NCBI GenBank assembly: GCA_041496385.1
Contig: JBGQEL010000002.1
Location: 54,969 to 118,968 of the forward strand
Length of the DNA stretch: 64,000 bases
Source of the DNA: Candidatus Methylomirabilia bacterium
GTDB lineage: Bacteria > Methylomirabilota > Methylomirabilia > Rokubacteriales > CSP1-6
Direction of reading: 5' to 3'
Positions 1-11,191 of the stretch are shown here, piece after piece. The notes under the pieces were generated by a model. The model worked only from the letters and a program-made list of their open reading frames with translations, made no database searches and was not told the origin of the DNA. The number at the start of each line of letters is the position of its first letter. Position 1 is the first letter of the stretch. The translations under genes and the position numbers were made by a program.

Positions 1-847
1 GGCGGCAGTAGGCCGCGACGTACTCCTGCTCGCCCGGGATCCCGAGCTCCGCCAGGTTCTTGTCGGCGAGGCCCTCCCACTCACGCGTGAAGCGGTGGGG
101 CAGGCAGTTGTAGGCGAGGTCGGCGAGCGGGTGGCCGAGCGTCGAGAGCTCCCAGTCGAGCACCGCGGCGACGCGCGGCTCGGTCGGATGGACGACGACG
201 TTGCCGAGCCTGAAGTCGCCGTGGACGAGCGCCACCTCGTCTTCCGCGGGCAGGTGCTCGGGCAGCCACGCGATCAGCCGCTCCATCGCCTCGATCTTCT
301 CCGTCTCGGAGGCGCGGTACTGCTGCGTCCAGCGATGGATCTGGCGCGCGAAGTAGTTCCCGGGCTTCCCGAAATCGGCGAGCCCGATCGCCCGCCAGTC
401 CACCGTGTGCAGCCGCGCGATGACCTCGTTGAGCGAATCGTAGATGGCCGCGCGCTCGTGCCTGGACAGGCCCGGAATCGCCGGATCGGTGATGACGCGC
501 CCGTGGACGCAGTCCATGACGTAGAACGCGGTGCCGATGACCGTGTCGTCCTCGCAGAGCGCGTACGTGCGCGGCACCGGAAACCCGGTCGTGCCGAGGG
601 CCGTGATGACGCGGTACTCGCGATCCACCGCGTGCGCCGACGGCAGGAGCTTGCCCGGCGGCTTCCGGCGCAGGACGTACTCCTTGCCGCCCGCCGCCAG
701 GTAGTACGTCGGGTTCGACTGGCCACCCTGGAACTGCTGGACGTCGAGCACACCCGCGAATCCCTCGACGTGCACGCGCATGTAGCGCGCGAGCGCGTCG
801 ACGTCGAAGCGGTGCTGCTCGCGGACGGGGGCCGTGGTCGAGATCAA
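1..847 (-). CDS. Phosphotransferase family protein (APH/ACAD10-N-like), runs off the window start
   Basis: Read directly (not in ORF track). AGGAGG then TTG at 847: MISTTAPVREQHRFD...QFQGGQSNPTY...LRRKPPGKLLPSAHAVDREY...VHGDFRLGNVV...VLDWELSTLGHP; frame open to base 1. Confidence 0.9.
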   Translation of the reverse strand, partial: MISTTAPVREQHRFDVDALARYMRVHVEGFAGVLDVQQFQGGQSNPTYYLAAGGKEYVLRRKPPGKLLPSAHAVDREYRVITALGTTGFPVPRTYALCEDDTVIGTAFYVMDCVHGRVITDPAIPGLSRHERAAIYDSLNEVIARLHTVDWRAIGLADFGKPGNYFARQIHRWTQQYRASETEKIEAMERLIAWLPEHLPAEDEVALVHGDFRLGNVVVHPTEPRVAAVLDWELSTLGHPLADLAYNCLPHRFTREWEGLADKNLAELGIPGEQEYVAAYCR

Positions 848-870
848 CGGGATCGCCTCCTGCGCGCGAC

Positions 871-878
871 AGTATAAT
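871..878. promoter_or_regulatory. Overlapping divergent -10 boxes (TATAAT on +, TATACT on -)
   Basis: AGTATAAT between divergent starts at 847 and 916. Confidence 0.55.
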
Positions 879-915
879 CCGACTCGACGTCCTTTTCCCC
901 GCGAGAGGAGAGCGC

Positions 916-1428
916 ATGATCCGCGAGGTTCCCGGCCGCAGGCCGCGCGTCCACCCCGGCGCCTACGTCGACCCCCAGGCCGCCGTCATCGGCGACGTGA
1001 CGATCGCGGAGGGCGCCAGCGTCTGGCCGTTCACGGTGCTGCGCGGCGACCAGGACAGCTACGTGCGGCTCGGCCGGAATTCGAACGTCCAGGACAACTC
1101 CGTGCTGCACGTGATGCCGGGCGTCCCGTGCGTCGTCGGCGACAACGTCACGATCGGCCACCGCGCCGTCGTCCACGCGTGCACGATCATGGACAACTGC
1201 CGCATCGGTATCGGCGCCGTCGTGCTGAACGGCGCGGTGGTGGAGGAGGGCGCGCAGGTGGGCGCGGGCGCGCTCGTGCCTCCCGGCAAGGTCGTGCCCG
1301 CGGGCTGGCTCGTCATGGGCGTGCCGGCCAAGCCGGTGCGGAAGATGGAGCCCGACGAGCTGGAGGACATCCTGCGAAACGCGCAGGAGTACGTGGATCT
1401 CTGGCACCGCGACTACCGCGTGGGCTAG
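916..1428 (+). CDS. Gamma-carbonic anhydrase family (hexapeptide repeat) protein
   Basis: VIGDVTI, VLRGD, SNVQDNSVLH, VTIGHRAVVHAC motifs; GAGGAG RBS. Confidence 0.92.
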   Translation: MIREVPGRRPRVHPGAYVDPQAAVIGDVTIAEGASVWPFTVLRGDQDSYVRLGRNSNVQDNSVLHVMPGVPCVVGDNVTIGHRAVVHACTIMDNCRIGIGAVVLNGAVVEEGAQVGAGALVPPGKVVPAGWLVMGVPAKPVRKMEPDELEDILRNAQEYVDLWHRDYRVG

Positions 1429-1433
1429 CGGTC

Positions 1434-1599
1434 CGTCGCGGGTGGCCGGGCCGGGCGCCGTAGGGGTCGACGGACCACGCGGCACGCGCTCGCCGTCCCG
1501 CTGTGACTGGGCTCCATCCGGGCACGCGTAGCCCCGCCGCCGCGCGGCGGGAACGAGTCCTTTCGACCCCTACGGCGCCCGGCCCGGCCACCCGCGACG
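1434..1599. repeat. Perfect 37-bp inverted repeat around a 92-bp spacer (REP-doublet/MITE-like)
   Basis: 1434-1470 CGTCGCGGGTGGCCGGGCCGGGCGCCGTAGGGGTCGA is the exact reverse complement of 1563-1599; lies between convergent genes. Confidence 0.85.
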
Positions 1600-1617
1600 A
1601 GCGCGATCCGAGCGGGA

Positions 1618-3078
1618 CTAGAGGTCGCGCGGAAGTCGCGGCGGCTCGGCGCAGGCGCGCTCGATCTCGTCCACGGTCTTCGGCGTCCCCGCGGTGAGCA
1701 CCTCGGTGCCGCCGGCCGTGACGAGCAGATCGTCCTCGATGCGGATGCCGATCCCGCGAAACTCCTTCGGAATCGGATGCACGAGCTTCTCGGCCTTGGC
1801 CTTTTCCTCGTCCTCGAGGCGCTTGGCGGCCGCCATGCCGAGCCGGAGGCGCCGCTCCCACATCTCCTCCTCGCTGTACTCGCGGAGGTAGAAGGTCGCG
1901 GTCTCGCGCTCGGCGTCGACGTAGAGGCCGGGCTCGACGGTGAAGACCATACCCGGCTCGAGGGCGCGCGACTTTCCGTCGATCCGGTAGTCGCCGACGT
2001 CGTGGACGTCCATGCCGAGCCAGTGACCGGTGCCGTGCATGTAGAACTCGCGGTAGTGGTGCATCGCGAGCGTGTCGTCGAGGCCGCGCGGCACGAGGCC
2101 GAGCGCCACGAGCCCCTCGGCGAGCACGCGCCGCGCCGCCTCGTGCACCGCCTCGTAACGGCCGCCCGGCTGCGCCGCGGCGATGCCCGTGAGCTGCGCG
2201 CGCAGGACGATCTCGTAGATCGCGTGCTGCGCGGCGGTGAAGCGCCCGCTGACGGGGAAGGTGCGCGTGATGTCGGCCGAGTGGTAGCCGTACTCGCAGC
2301 CCGCGTCGATCAGCAGGAGGTCGCCGTCCGCCAGCCGCCGCGTGTTCTCGGTGTAGTGGAGGATGCAGGCGTTGGGCCCCGACGCGACGATGGACGGGTA
2401 GCCGTTGCGCGGCGAGCCGCTGGCGCGGAAGACGAACTCGAGCGCCGCCTGCACCTGGTACTCGTAGAGCCCCGGCCGCGCGTAGCGCATCGCCTCGACG
2501 TGCGCGTCGCGGCTGATCTCGCAGGCGCGGCGGTGGCGCGCGAGCTCGGCGGGCGAGCGGCGCAGGCGAAGCTCGTGGAGGAGCGGGCCCGGGTCCTCGA
2601 CGCGCACCGGCGCGGCGAAGCCGCGGGCGCGCGCCAGGCGCAGCTCGGCGATCAGCCTCGTGATCCGCCCGTCGAACGCGCCCTGGCCGAGGCGATAGTA
2701 GAGCGTCGGCCGGTCGATGAGGTATTCGCGCAGCTTCTCGTCGAGCTTCTCGATCGGATAGGCGGCGTCGGCGCCATAGGTCGCGACGGCGCCCTCGACG
2801 CCGGCGCGCCGGCCGTTCCAGATCTCCATCTCGCGGTCGCGCGGACGGACGAAGAGGACGTAGCGCTCCTTGGCGTGGGCCGGGTTGATCACGGCGACGG
2901 CGTCGGGCTCGTCGAAGCCCGTGAGGAAGAAGAAATCCGAGCTCTGGCGGAACTCGTGGTTCACGTCGCCGTTGCGCCGGACCTCCGGCGCGCCGGGGAC
3001 GATCGCGATCGCGTCGCCGAGCGCCGCCGCGAAGCGGAGACGGCGCTCACCGAAGGGCGCCAGGTCGGGAGTCGCCAT
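1618..3078 (-). CDS. pepP: Xaa-Pro aminopeptidase (M24B)
   Basis: FRQSSDFFFLTGF, LHY, DAGCEY..ADITRTFP, HGTGHWLGMDVHD, EPGLY, GIRIEDD. Start 3078 or 3087. Confidence 0.93.
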   Translation of the reverse strand: MATPDLAPFGERRLRFAAALGDAIAIVPGAPEVRRNGDVNHEFRQSSDFFFLTGFDEPDAVAVINPAHAKERYVLFVRPRDREMEIWNGRRAGVEGAVATYGADAAYPIEKLDEKLREYLIDRPTLYYRLGQGAFDGRITRLIAELRLARARGFAAPVRVEDPGPLLHELRLRRSPAELARHRRACEISRDAHVEAMRYARPGLYEYQVQAALEFVFRASGSPRNGYPSIVASGPNACILHYTENTRRLADGDLLLIDAGCEYGYHSADITRTFPVSGRFTAAQHAIYEIVLRAQLTGIAAAQPGGRYEAVHEAARRVLAEGLVALGLVPRGLDDTLAMHHYREFYMHGTGHWLGMDVHDVGDYRIDGKSRALEPGMVFTVEPGLYVDAERETATFYLREYSEEEMWERRLRLGMAAAKRLEDEEKAKAEKLVHPIPKEFRGIGIRIEDDLLVTAGGTEVLTAGTPKTVDEIERACAEPPRLPRDL

Positions 3079-3107
3079 ACGCGGCATAGGGTATCATGCG
3101 GAACGCG

Positions 3108-5353
3108 ATGATCGGAGCCAGCCACCCGCGCCTCGGCGGCGAGCGTCTCGTGACCGGCCGCGGCCGGTTCGTCGCCGACGTCCGGCCGCCGGGCCTGCTC
3201 GAGGCGGCGGTGCTCCGGTCGCCGTACGCCCACGCGCGCGTGCAACGCGTGGACGCCTCGCGGGCGCTGCGACTGCGCGGCGTGCGCGCCGTCCTCACCG
3301 CCGCGGACGTGCCCGCGAACGCCATCATTCCCAACCGCGTGCCCGCGCCCGACGGCGCGGCGCGCTATCTCCAGCCCGCGATCGCGCGCGACGTCGCCCG
3401 CTACGCGGGCGAGCCCGTCGCGCTCGTCGTGGCCGACGACCGGTACGTCGCCGCGGACGCGCTGGAGCTGATCCGCGTGGACTGGGCGCCGCTCCCCGCG
3501 TGCGCGACCGTGGCCGCCGCGCTCGCGCCCGACGCGCCGCGGCTCTTCGCCGGCACCGACGGCAACAACGTCGCGACGATCCGGATGCGGGTCGGCGACG
3601 CCGGCGCGGCGCTGGCCGCCGCGCACCTCGTCGTCCGCGACCGCTTCCGCCACCCGCGGCAGACGGCGGCCGCCCTCGAGACGCGCGGGCTCGTCGCCGT
3701 GCCGCCCGATCCGCGCGGCGGCGAGCTGCACCTGATCGGCTCGACCAAGTGCATCCACATCAACCGCGGCATCCTCGCGCCGATCTTCGGGATCCCGCCC
3801 GGCGCGCTGCGCCTCACCGAGGTGGACGTGGGCGGCGGCTTCGGCGTCCGAGGCGAGCTCTACCCGGAGGACATCCTCGTCCCGCTCGCCGCGCTCAAGC
3901 TCGGCCGGCCCGTCCGCTGGATCGAGGAGCGTCGCGAGAACCTCGTCGCGGCGAACCACGCGCGCGATACCGAGTACGACCTCGAGATCGGGCTCGACGC
4001 CGCCGGACACATCCTCGTGATGCGGGCCGTGATCCACGCCGACATCGGCGCGTACGTGCGGACGGCGGCGCTGGTGCCCGCCGAGTTCGGCGCGGCGCTC
4101 CTGCCCGGGCCGTACCGCGTGCCGGCGTACGCGTGCGACCTCTGGAGCGTCGTGACGAACAAGACGCCCGTCGGCACGCTCCGCTCGCCCGGCCGGCCCG
4201 AGTGCAACTTCGCGCGCGAGCGGCTGCTGGACGTCGCGGCCGCGCGGCTCGGGCTGGACCCGGCCGAGATCAGGCGGCGGAACCTCATCCGCCCGGAGGA
4301 GATGCCGTACGAGACGGGGACGACGTCCTTCGGGGCCACGACCGTCTACGACTCGGGCGATTTTCCCGCCCTCTTCGACGAGCTGCTGAAGCGGCTCGAC
4401 TACGACGGTGCGCGCAACGCGCAACGCGCGCTGGCCGCGCGTGGCGTGCGGCGCGGCATCGGGCTGGCCGCCTACGTCGAGAAGACCGGGCTCGGGCCGT
4501 TCGAGACCGCGCACGTGGAGGCGAAGTCGGACGGCACCTTCACCGTGGACACCGGGGCCTCGTCCATGGGGCCGGGGCTCGAGACCGTGCTGGCGCAGAT
4601 CCTCGGCGAGGCGCTCGGCCTGCCGGCGGACCGCTTCGTCGTCCGGCACCCGGACACGGCGGCCATCGAGAGCGGCGTGGGCACCTACGGCTCGCGCGGC
4701 ACGGTGATGGCGGGCAACGCCGCGCACCTCGCCGCCGCCCGGCTCGTCGAGGAGGCGCGCACGCGTGCCGCGGCGCTGCTCGGCGCGCCCGCGGACGAGA
4801 TCTTCTATGCGCGCGGCGTCCTCGGCCGGGGCGCCCGGCGCGTCAGCCTCGCCGAGCTGGCCGCGCACGGGCCGCTGGCCGCCGGCGCCTCGTTCACCGT
4901 CGCCAAGGTCACGTACGCCGGCTGCGCCGTCGCCGTCGTGCTCGACGTGGACGAGGCGACGGGACAGGTGCGCCTGCGGCGCGTCGTGGTCGGCGCCGAC
5001 GTAGGCCGCGCGGTCAATCCGGCGCTGATCGAGGGCCAGCTCGTCGGCGGCGTCGCATTCGGCATCGGCAACGCGCTGCACGAGAGCCTCGAGTACGACG
5101 CGGCGGGTCAGCCGCTCTGCGGCAGCCTCCTCGACTACGCGCTGCCGCTCGCGGGCGACGTGCCGCCGATCGAGGGCTTCTTCCAGGAGATCGCCGCGCG
5201 GACCAATCCGCTCGGGCTGCGCGGCCTCGGCGAGTGCGGCAACCCCGGCCTCGGCGCGGCGATCGCCAACGCCGTCTGCGACGCGTTTCGCGACCGCGGC
5301 GTCGCGCTGACCGCGCTCCCGCTCACGCCCGCGCGGGTTCGCGCGGCGCTCGG

Positions 5354-5357
<4 letters not shown>
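3108..5357 (+). CDS. Xanthine dehydrogenase family molybdopterin-binding (large) subunit
   Basis: LRSPYAHAR, DVGGGFG, GTYGSR, DVGRAVNP..IEGQLVGG, GLRGLGE. Start 3108 or 3096. Confidence 0.9.
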
Positions 5358-6053
<696 letters not shown>

Positions 6054-6061
<8 letters not shown>

Positions 6062-7856
6062 GCGACGTCTCCACCGCCGAGCCGAGATACGCCTCGATCA
6101 CCTTCGGGTCCTGCTGGACCTCCTTCGTCGTGCCCTCGGCGATCTTCTCGCCGAAATCGAGGACCGTCACGACATCGGAGATGCCCATGATGAGCTCCAT
6201 GTGGTGCTCGATGACGACCTGCGTGACGCCGGCCGCGCGGATGTCGCGGATGATCTTGGAGAGGTGGTGAAGCTCCGTCGGGTTGACGCCAGCCGCGGGC
6301 TCGTCGAGCAGCAGGAGCCGCGGGCGCACCGCGAGCGCGCGCGCGATCTCGAGCAGCCGCTGCTGGCCGTACGAGAGGTTCTGCGCGATCTCTTGCGCGC
6401 GATCTGCGATCCCGACGACCTCCAGGAGCGCCATCGCCTTCCGGCGGAACACCGCCTCCTCCTCCACCGCGCCGCGCGTCCGGAGCAGGTGCGCGACGAG
6501 ACCTGCGCGCAGATGAAGGTGGAAGCCGGCCATCACGTTCTCGAGCACGCTGAGGTCGCCGAAGAGGCGGATCGACTGAAACGTGCGCGTGACGCCGAGC
6601 GCGGCCATACGGTGAGGCGAGGTACCGGCGACCGCCGTCCCCTCGAACTCCACCGCGCCGCTCGAGGGCTCGTAGAGGCCGGTCAGCACGTTCACGAACG
6701 TGGACTTGCCCGAGCCGTTCGGTCCGATGAGGCCGTGGACGACGCCGGGGCGTACGGCGAGCGTCACCCGGTTGAGTGCCCGGATGCCGCCGAAGTTGCG
6801 GCTCAGGTCGCGCACGGCCATCACCGGGCGTTCCCCGTCGCCCGCGACGGCGAAGACGAACGCGGCGCGGTCGGGCTCGATCGCCGCCGGCGGGCGGCGG
6901 AAGCGTTGCCACACGCGCATCTTGAGCACGCTGCCGACGATCCCGTCCGGTAGGAAGACGATCGTCACGAGGATGATCCCGCCGTAGATGTAGAGGTGAT
7001 ACTCGTGCAGCTTCGCGAAGATCGTCGGGATCAGGTTGAGGATCACGCTCCCGACGAGCGGGCCGTAGAGCGTGCCGCTCCCGCCCATCAGCACCGACGT
7101 CAGCAGCGAGACCGACAGGCCGAACACGAACGTGTCGCTGTTGATGAAGCCGTTCTGGTGGGCGAAGAAGACGCCGCCGATCCCCGCGTACACCGAGCTG
7201 ATCACGAAGGCCAGGACCTTCCAGCGGTACACGTTGATCCCGACCGTCTCCGCCGCGACCTCGCTGCCGCGGAGGGCCAGCAGCGTGCGCCCGACGCGCC
7301 CCGTCAAGAGATTGTTCGCGAGCAGCTGGCAGACGATCGCCGTTCCGGCGATCAGCCAGAAATACTGGGTCGGGCTGAGCTCTGCGCCGCCGGGGAGCTT
7401 CGGCCCGGGGATGCCCATGATTCCCATCGGCCCGCCGGTGAGGCTCCAGCGGTTCGCGGTCACCTCGGCCATGAAGCCGAACGCGACCGTGACCATCGCC
7501 AGGTATGGGCCCTTGGCGCGGAGCGACGGCAGCGCCAGGAGCGCGCCGAAGACGCCAGCCAGGACGACGCCGGCGGGGGCGCTCAGCCAGAAGGGCCAGC
7601 CGAGCCTCGTCGTCGCGAGCGCCGACGTGTACGCGCCGACGGCGTAGAGCCCCGCGTGGCCGAGCGAGATCTGGCCCGTCCAGCCGACGAGGATGTCGAG
7701 GCCGAGCGTCGCGATGTAGAGGTACGCGAGCGACTGCAGCACGAGGATGAAGAACGGGTCCGCCAGAATCAGCGGGAGCGCCGCGACGCCAAGGGCAACG
7801 ACGAGAAGCATCCCCCAGTGGCGGGGGCCCGTGTGGGCGAAGACCGGCGGGCGCAC
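6054..7856 (-). CDS. Fused Liv-type ABC permease/ATPase (LivM-LivG)
   Basis: GQISLGHAG permease half; GPNGSGKST, LSYGQQRLLEIARAL, LLDEPAAG ATPase half. Confidence 0.92.
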
Positions 7857-7857
7857 G

Positions 7858-8745
7858 CTAGACCTTCTCGACGTCCTTCTTGCCCATGAGACCCGTCGGC
7901 CGCAGAGCCAGGATCAACAAAATGAACAGGAAGGTGATGCCTTCCTTCAGGTTCGAGCTGATGACGCCGAAGAACTGCTCGAGCAGGCCGATCACGAGGC
8001 CGCCGATGAGAATGCCGATCGGGTTCTCGAGGCCGCCAAAGATCGCCGCGGCGAACGCCTTGATGCCGGGCACGGTGCCCATGTACGCCCACGCGAAGGT
8101 GATCGGCGCGATCAGGACCCCCCCGAGCCCCGCCATGGCGGACGAGATGACGAACGCGAGCACGATCATCCGCTGCACGTTGATCCCCATCACCGCCGCG
8201 GCGTTCCGGTTGTGGGCGACGGCGGTGAGCGCCTTACCGAGGACGGCGCGCTTGAGAAAGATCTGGACGAGCAGCACGGTGCCGATGGCGGCGACGATGA
8301 TGAAGAGCTCCTGGGGGAAGATGCCGGCCTGGCCGAACCGGAGGACCGTGTCGCCGAAGGGCGACGGGAACTTGATCTGCTCGGGCCCCCAGAGCTGCAC
8401 CGCCGCGTTTTTCAGAATGATGCTGACGGCGACCGTGGAGAGCACCCACGACAGCGAGAGCGCGTGGCGGAGGACGGGGCGAATCGCCACGCGTTCGAGG
8501 CCGACGCCCATGAGCCCGACGAGCAGCACCGCGCCCCCGATCGCGACCGCGTACGGCAGGCCCAGCGTCACATAACATGTGAGACCGAAGAGCGCGCCTA
8601 TCATCAGGAACTCGCCCTGGCCGAAGTTGAGCGCGCCCGTGGTGATGAAGGTGACGTAGTAGCCCTGGGCGATCAGCGCATACACGCTACCGACGGAGAG
8701 GCCGCTCACGAGGGCCTGCCAGAGCTTGACGAGTAGAGCGTCCAT
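7858..8745 (-). CDS. Liv-type ABC permease (LivH-like)
   Basis: MDALLVK...GSVYALIAQG...NFGQGEF...KAFAAAIFGG; hydrophobic. Confidence 0.9.
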   Translation of the reverse strand: MDALLVKLWQALVSGLSVGSVYALIAQGYYVTFITTGALNFGQGEFLMIGALFGLTCYVTLGLPYAVAIGGAVLLVGLMGVGLERVAIRPVLRHALSLSWVLSTVAVSIILKNAAVQLWGPEQIKFPSPFGDTVLRFGQAGIFPQELFIIVAAIGTVLLVQIFLKRAVLGKALTAVAHNRNAAAVMGINVQRMIVLAFVISSAMAGLGGVLIAPITFAWAYMGTVPGIKAFAAAIFGGLENPIGILIGGLVIGLLEQFFGVISSNLKEGITFLFILLILALRPTGLMGKKDVEKV

Positions 8746-8812
8746 GGGTCCCGGGTGACGCGACGGGGCCGCCGCGGGGCAGCCCCGCCGTCCGAGGGTC
8801 GCCGGCGACGGG

Positions 8813-9967
8813 TCAGTCGGCGCGAACCAGCTTGCCGTTCTTCCAGACGGCCAGGAAGCCGCTCTCGCGACCGAGGGCCTCATGGTTGTCCTTGCTGTAC
8901 GGCCGCGGCTTCATCTTGGTGACGGGATCGGTGAAATCGCTGATCTCCTCGAGCGCGTCGCGGATCTTCTTCGGGTCCGGCCCGACGCGGTCGAGCGCGC
9001 GCAGCACCAGGCGGGCGCCGTCATAGGTCTGCGCCGTCGCCACCGGGTGGAAGTCGCCGCCCTGGTCCTTGAACCGCTGGTCGACCTTGGCGTGGAGCTT
9101 CTTGGCGTTCTCGCTGTGGTCCGGCGTGTACGAGGTGACCGCCATGACCCCCTCGACGAGGTCCTTGCCGCCGAGCTTCAGGAAGTTCGGCGCGATGAGC
9201 GCCCACGTCGACGTCCACGGCGTCTTGAGCCCGACCTTCTGCATGCTCTTCGCGATCTGCACGCCCGCGGGCGCCAGCGAGTAGGAGATGATGAAGTCCG
9301 CCTTCGCGTCCTTCATCTTCGTGAGCTGCGAGGTCATGTCGGTGTCGTTCTGGTCGAAGACCTCGGGTCCCGCGACGACCTGGATGTTCGCTTCCTTCAT
9401 GAGCCGGATCGCCGTGTCGCGGCCGCTCTGCCCCCAGCCCGTCGAGTCGTGCATGAGCCCGACGCGCTGGTACTTCTTTTTCTGGATGTGGTCGATCATG
9501 AACGAGGTCTGGATGCCGTCGTTCAGCGACACGCGGAAAATGTAGCTCTTCGGCGCCTTCGCGTACCGCTCGATGATCGGCTCCGCGGTGGCGATCGTGT
9601 CCATCAACGGCACTTCCATCTTCTGGGCGATGTCGATGATGGCGAGCGCCACGCCCGAGTTGACCGGCCCGACGACGGCGAAGGCCTTGTCGCGGGTGAT
9701 CATCCGGGTGATGTTCTCGACGCCCTTGGCCGGCTTGGTCTCATCGTCGTAGACGACCATCTCGACCTTCTGGCCCTTGTACCCGCCCCGGGCGTTGTAC
9801 TCCTCTACCGCGAGCGTCAGGCCCATCAGCGCCGCCTTGCCGTAGTCGTCGGTCCCGCCGGTCAGCGAGAGCGTCGAGCCGATCTTGAGGTCGGCGGCGA
9901 CGACCGGCGCCGCCAGCAGCAGGAGCAGGGCCAGGACGAGAACGCCTGTCTTCTTCGGATCCGGCAT
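8813..9967 (-). CDS. Liv-type ABC substrate-binding protein
   Basis: Signal peptide, SLTG, YDDETKP, VGPVNSG. Confidence 0.92.
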   Translation of the reverse strand: MPDPKKTGVLVLALLLLLAAPVVAADLKIGSTLSLTGGTDDYGKAALMGLTLAVEEYNARGGYKGQKVEMVVYDDETKPAKGVENITRMITRDKAFAVVGPVNSGVALAIIDIAQKMEVPLMDTIATAEPIIERYAKAPKSYIFRVSLNDGIQTSFMIDHIQKKKYQRVGLMHDSTGWGQSGRDTAIRLMKEANIQVVAGPEVFDQNDTDMTSQLTKMKDAKADFIISYSLAPAGVQIAKSMQKVGLKTPWTSTWALIAPNFLKLGGKDLVEGVMAVTSYTPDHSENAKKLHAKVDQRFKDQGGDFHPVATAQTYDGARLVLRALDRVGPDPKKIRDALEEISDFTDPVTKMKPRPYSKDNHEALGRESGFLAVWKNGKLVRAD

Positions 9968-10035
9968 ATGTGGGTCCCTCCAGGACGTGACGTCGGGCGC
10001 CCCGGCCGGGCGCGGCGTCGCAGAATCGCGTCGCG

Positions 10036-10064
10036 ACGATATGCGGAGGCGCCATGGTTGTCAA
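10036..10064 (-). promoter_or_regulatory. Sigma70-like promoter for the Liv operon
   Basis: TTGACA-N17-TATCGT on the minus strand, ~70 nt upstream of the 9967 start. Confidence 0.6.
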
Positions 10065-10108
10065 GGACGCCCTCGTCGGGCAAGATGGGCGGGCGAAGGG
10101 AGATCCTC

Positions 10109-11191
10109 ATGCACGTCGGGATGGCCACCGTTTTCCAGAATCCGAAGCGCGGGCGCAGCGACCACGAGGTCTACCGCAACGAGCTGCGGCTCGCGGATCT
10201 CGCCGAGCCGCTCGGCTTCGACTCGATCTGGGGCGTCGAGCACCACTTCACCGACTACACGATGTGCCCCGACGTCCTGCAGTTCCTCACCTACATGGCC
10301 GGGCGCACGCGGACGGCGAAGCTCGGCTCGATGGTCGTCGTGCTGCCCTGGCACGACCCGATGCGCGTCGCCGAAGAGGTGTCGATGCTCGACAACATCT
10401 GCGACGGCCGGCTCATCCTGGGGCTGGGACGCGGCGCGGGCCGGGTCGAGTTCGACGGCTTCCGCCTCTCCATGGACGAGTCGCGCGAGCGCTTCGTCGA
10501 ATCGGCCGAGATGCTGCTGCGCGGCCTGGAGACCGGCTTCTGCGAGTACGCGGGCCGGTTCGTCCGGCAGCCGAGGGCCGCGATCCGGCCGGCGCCGTTC
10601 AAGAGCTTCCGCGGCCGCACCTACGCGGCGGCGGTCTCGCCCGAGTCGCTGCCCATCATGGCGGCGCTCGGCATCGGCATGCTGATCATCCCGCAGAAGC
10701 CCTGGCACGAGGTCGCGAAGGAGCTCGACGTCTACCGGACCGAGTACCGCCGGGTCAACGGCGCCGAGGCGCCGCCGCCGGTCTGCGCCGGCTGGACCTT
10801 CTGCGACGAGAGCGCCGAGCGCGCCCACGAGCAGGCGCGCCGCTGGATCGGCGGCTACTACCAGACGGTCCTCGACCACTACCAGTTCGCGGGCGACCAC
10901 CTCAAGACGACGAAGGGCTACGAGTACTACGGCAAGATGGCCGAGAAGATCGAGACCTACGGCACCGACAAGGTGATCGACTACTTCATGAACCTCCAGG
11001 TGTGGGGCACGCCCGAGCAGTGCTACGCGAAGATCCTCGACGTGCGGCGCCGCGTCGGCCACGAGACGTTCGTCGGCGTCTTCAGCTACGCCGGCATGGA
11101 GTACGGCGAGGCGGAGCGCAACATGCGCCTCTTCGCCCGGACGGTGATGCCCGAGCTTCGCCGGCTCGCACCCGAGCCCGCGCTCGCCTGA
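10109..11191 (+). CDS. LLM-class (luciferase-like) flavin-dependent oxidoreductase
   Basis: AEPLGFDSIWGVEHHF, VLPWHDPMRVAEE, GRLILGLGRG, WGTPEQC; GGGAG RBS. Confidence 0.92.
   Translation: MHVGMATVFQNPKRGRSDHEVYRNELRLADLAEPLGFDSIWGVEHHFTDYTMCPDVLQFLTYMAGRTRTAKLGSMVVVLPWHDPMRVAEEVSMLDNICDGRLILGLGRGAGRVEFDGFRLSMDESRERFVESAEMLLRGLETGFCEYAGRFVRQPRAAIRPAPFKSFRGRTYAAAVSPESLPIMAALGIGMLIIPQKPWHEVAKELDVYRTEYRRVNGAEAPPPVCAGWTFCDESAERAHEQARRWIGGYYQTVLDHYQFAGDHLKTTKGYEYYGKMAEKIETYGTDKVIDYFMNLQVWGTPEQCYAKILDVRRRVGHETFVGVFSYAGMEYGEAERNMRLFARTVMPELRRLAPEPALA

Noticed and set aside
8746..8812. GC-rich hairpin between the SBP and permease genes
   Set aside because: Ordinary feature of ABC operons, and pairing is weak evidence at this GC content.
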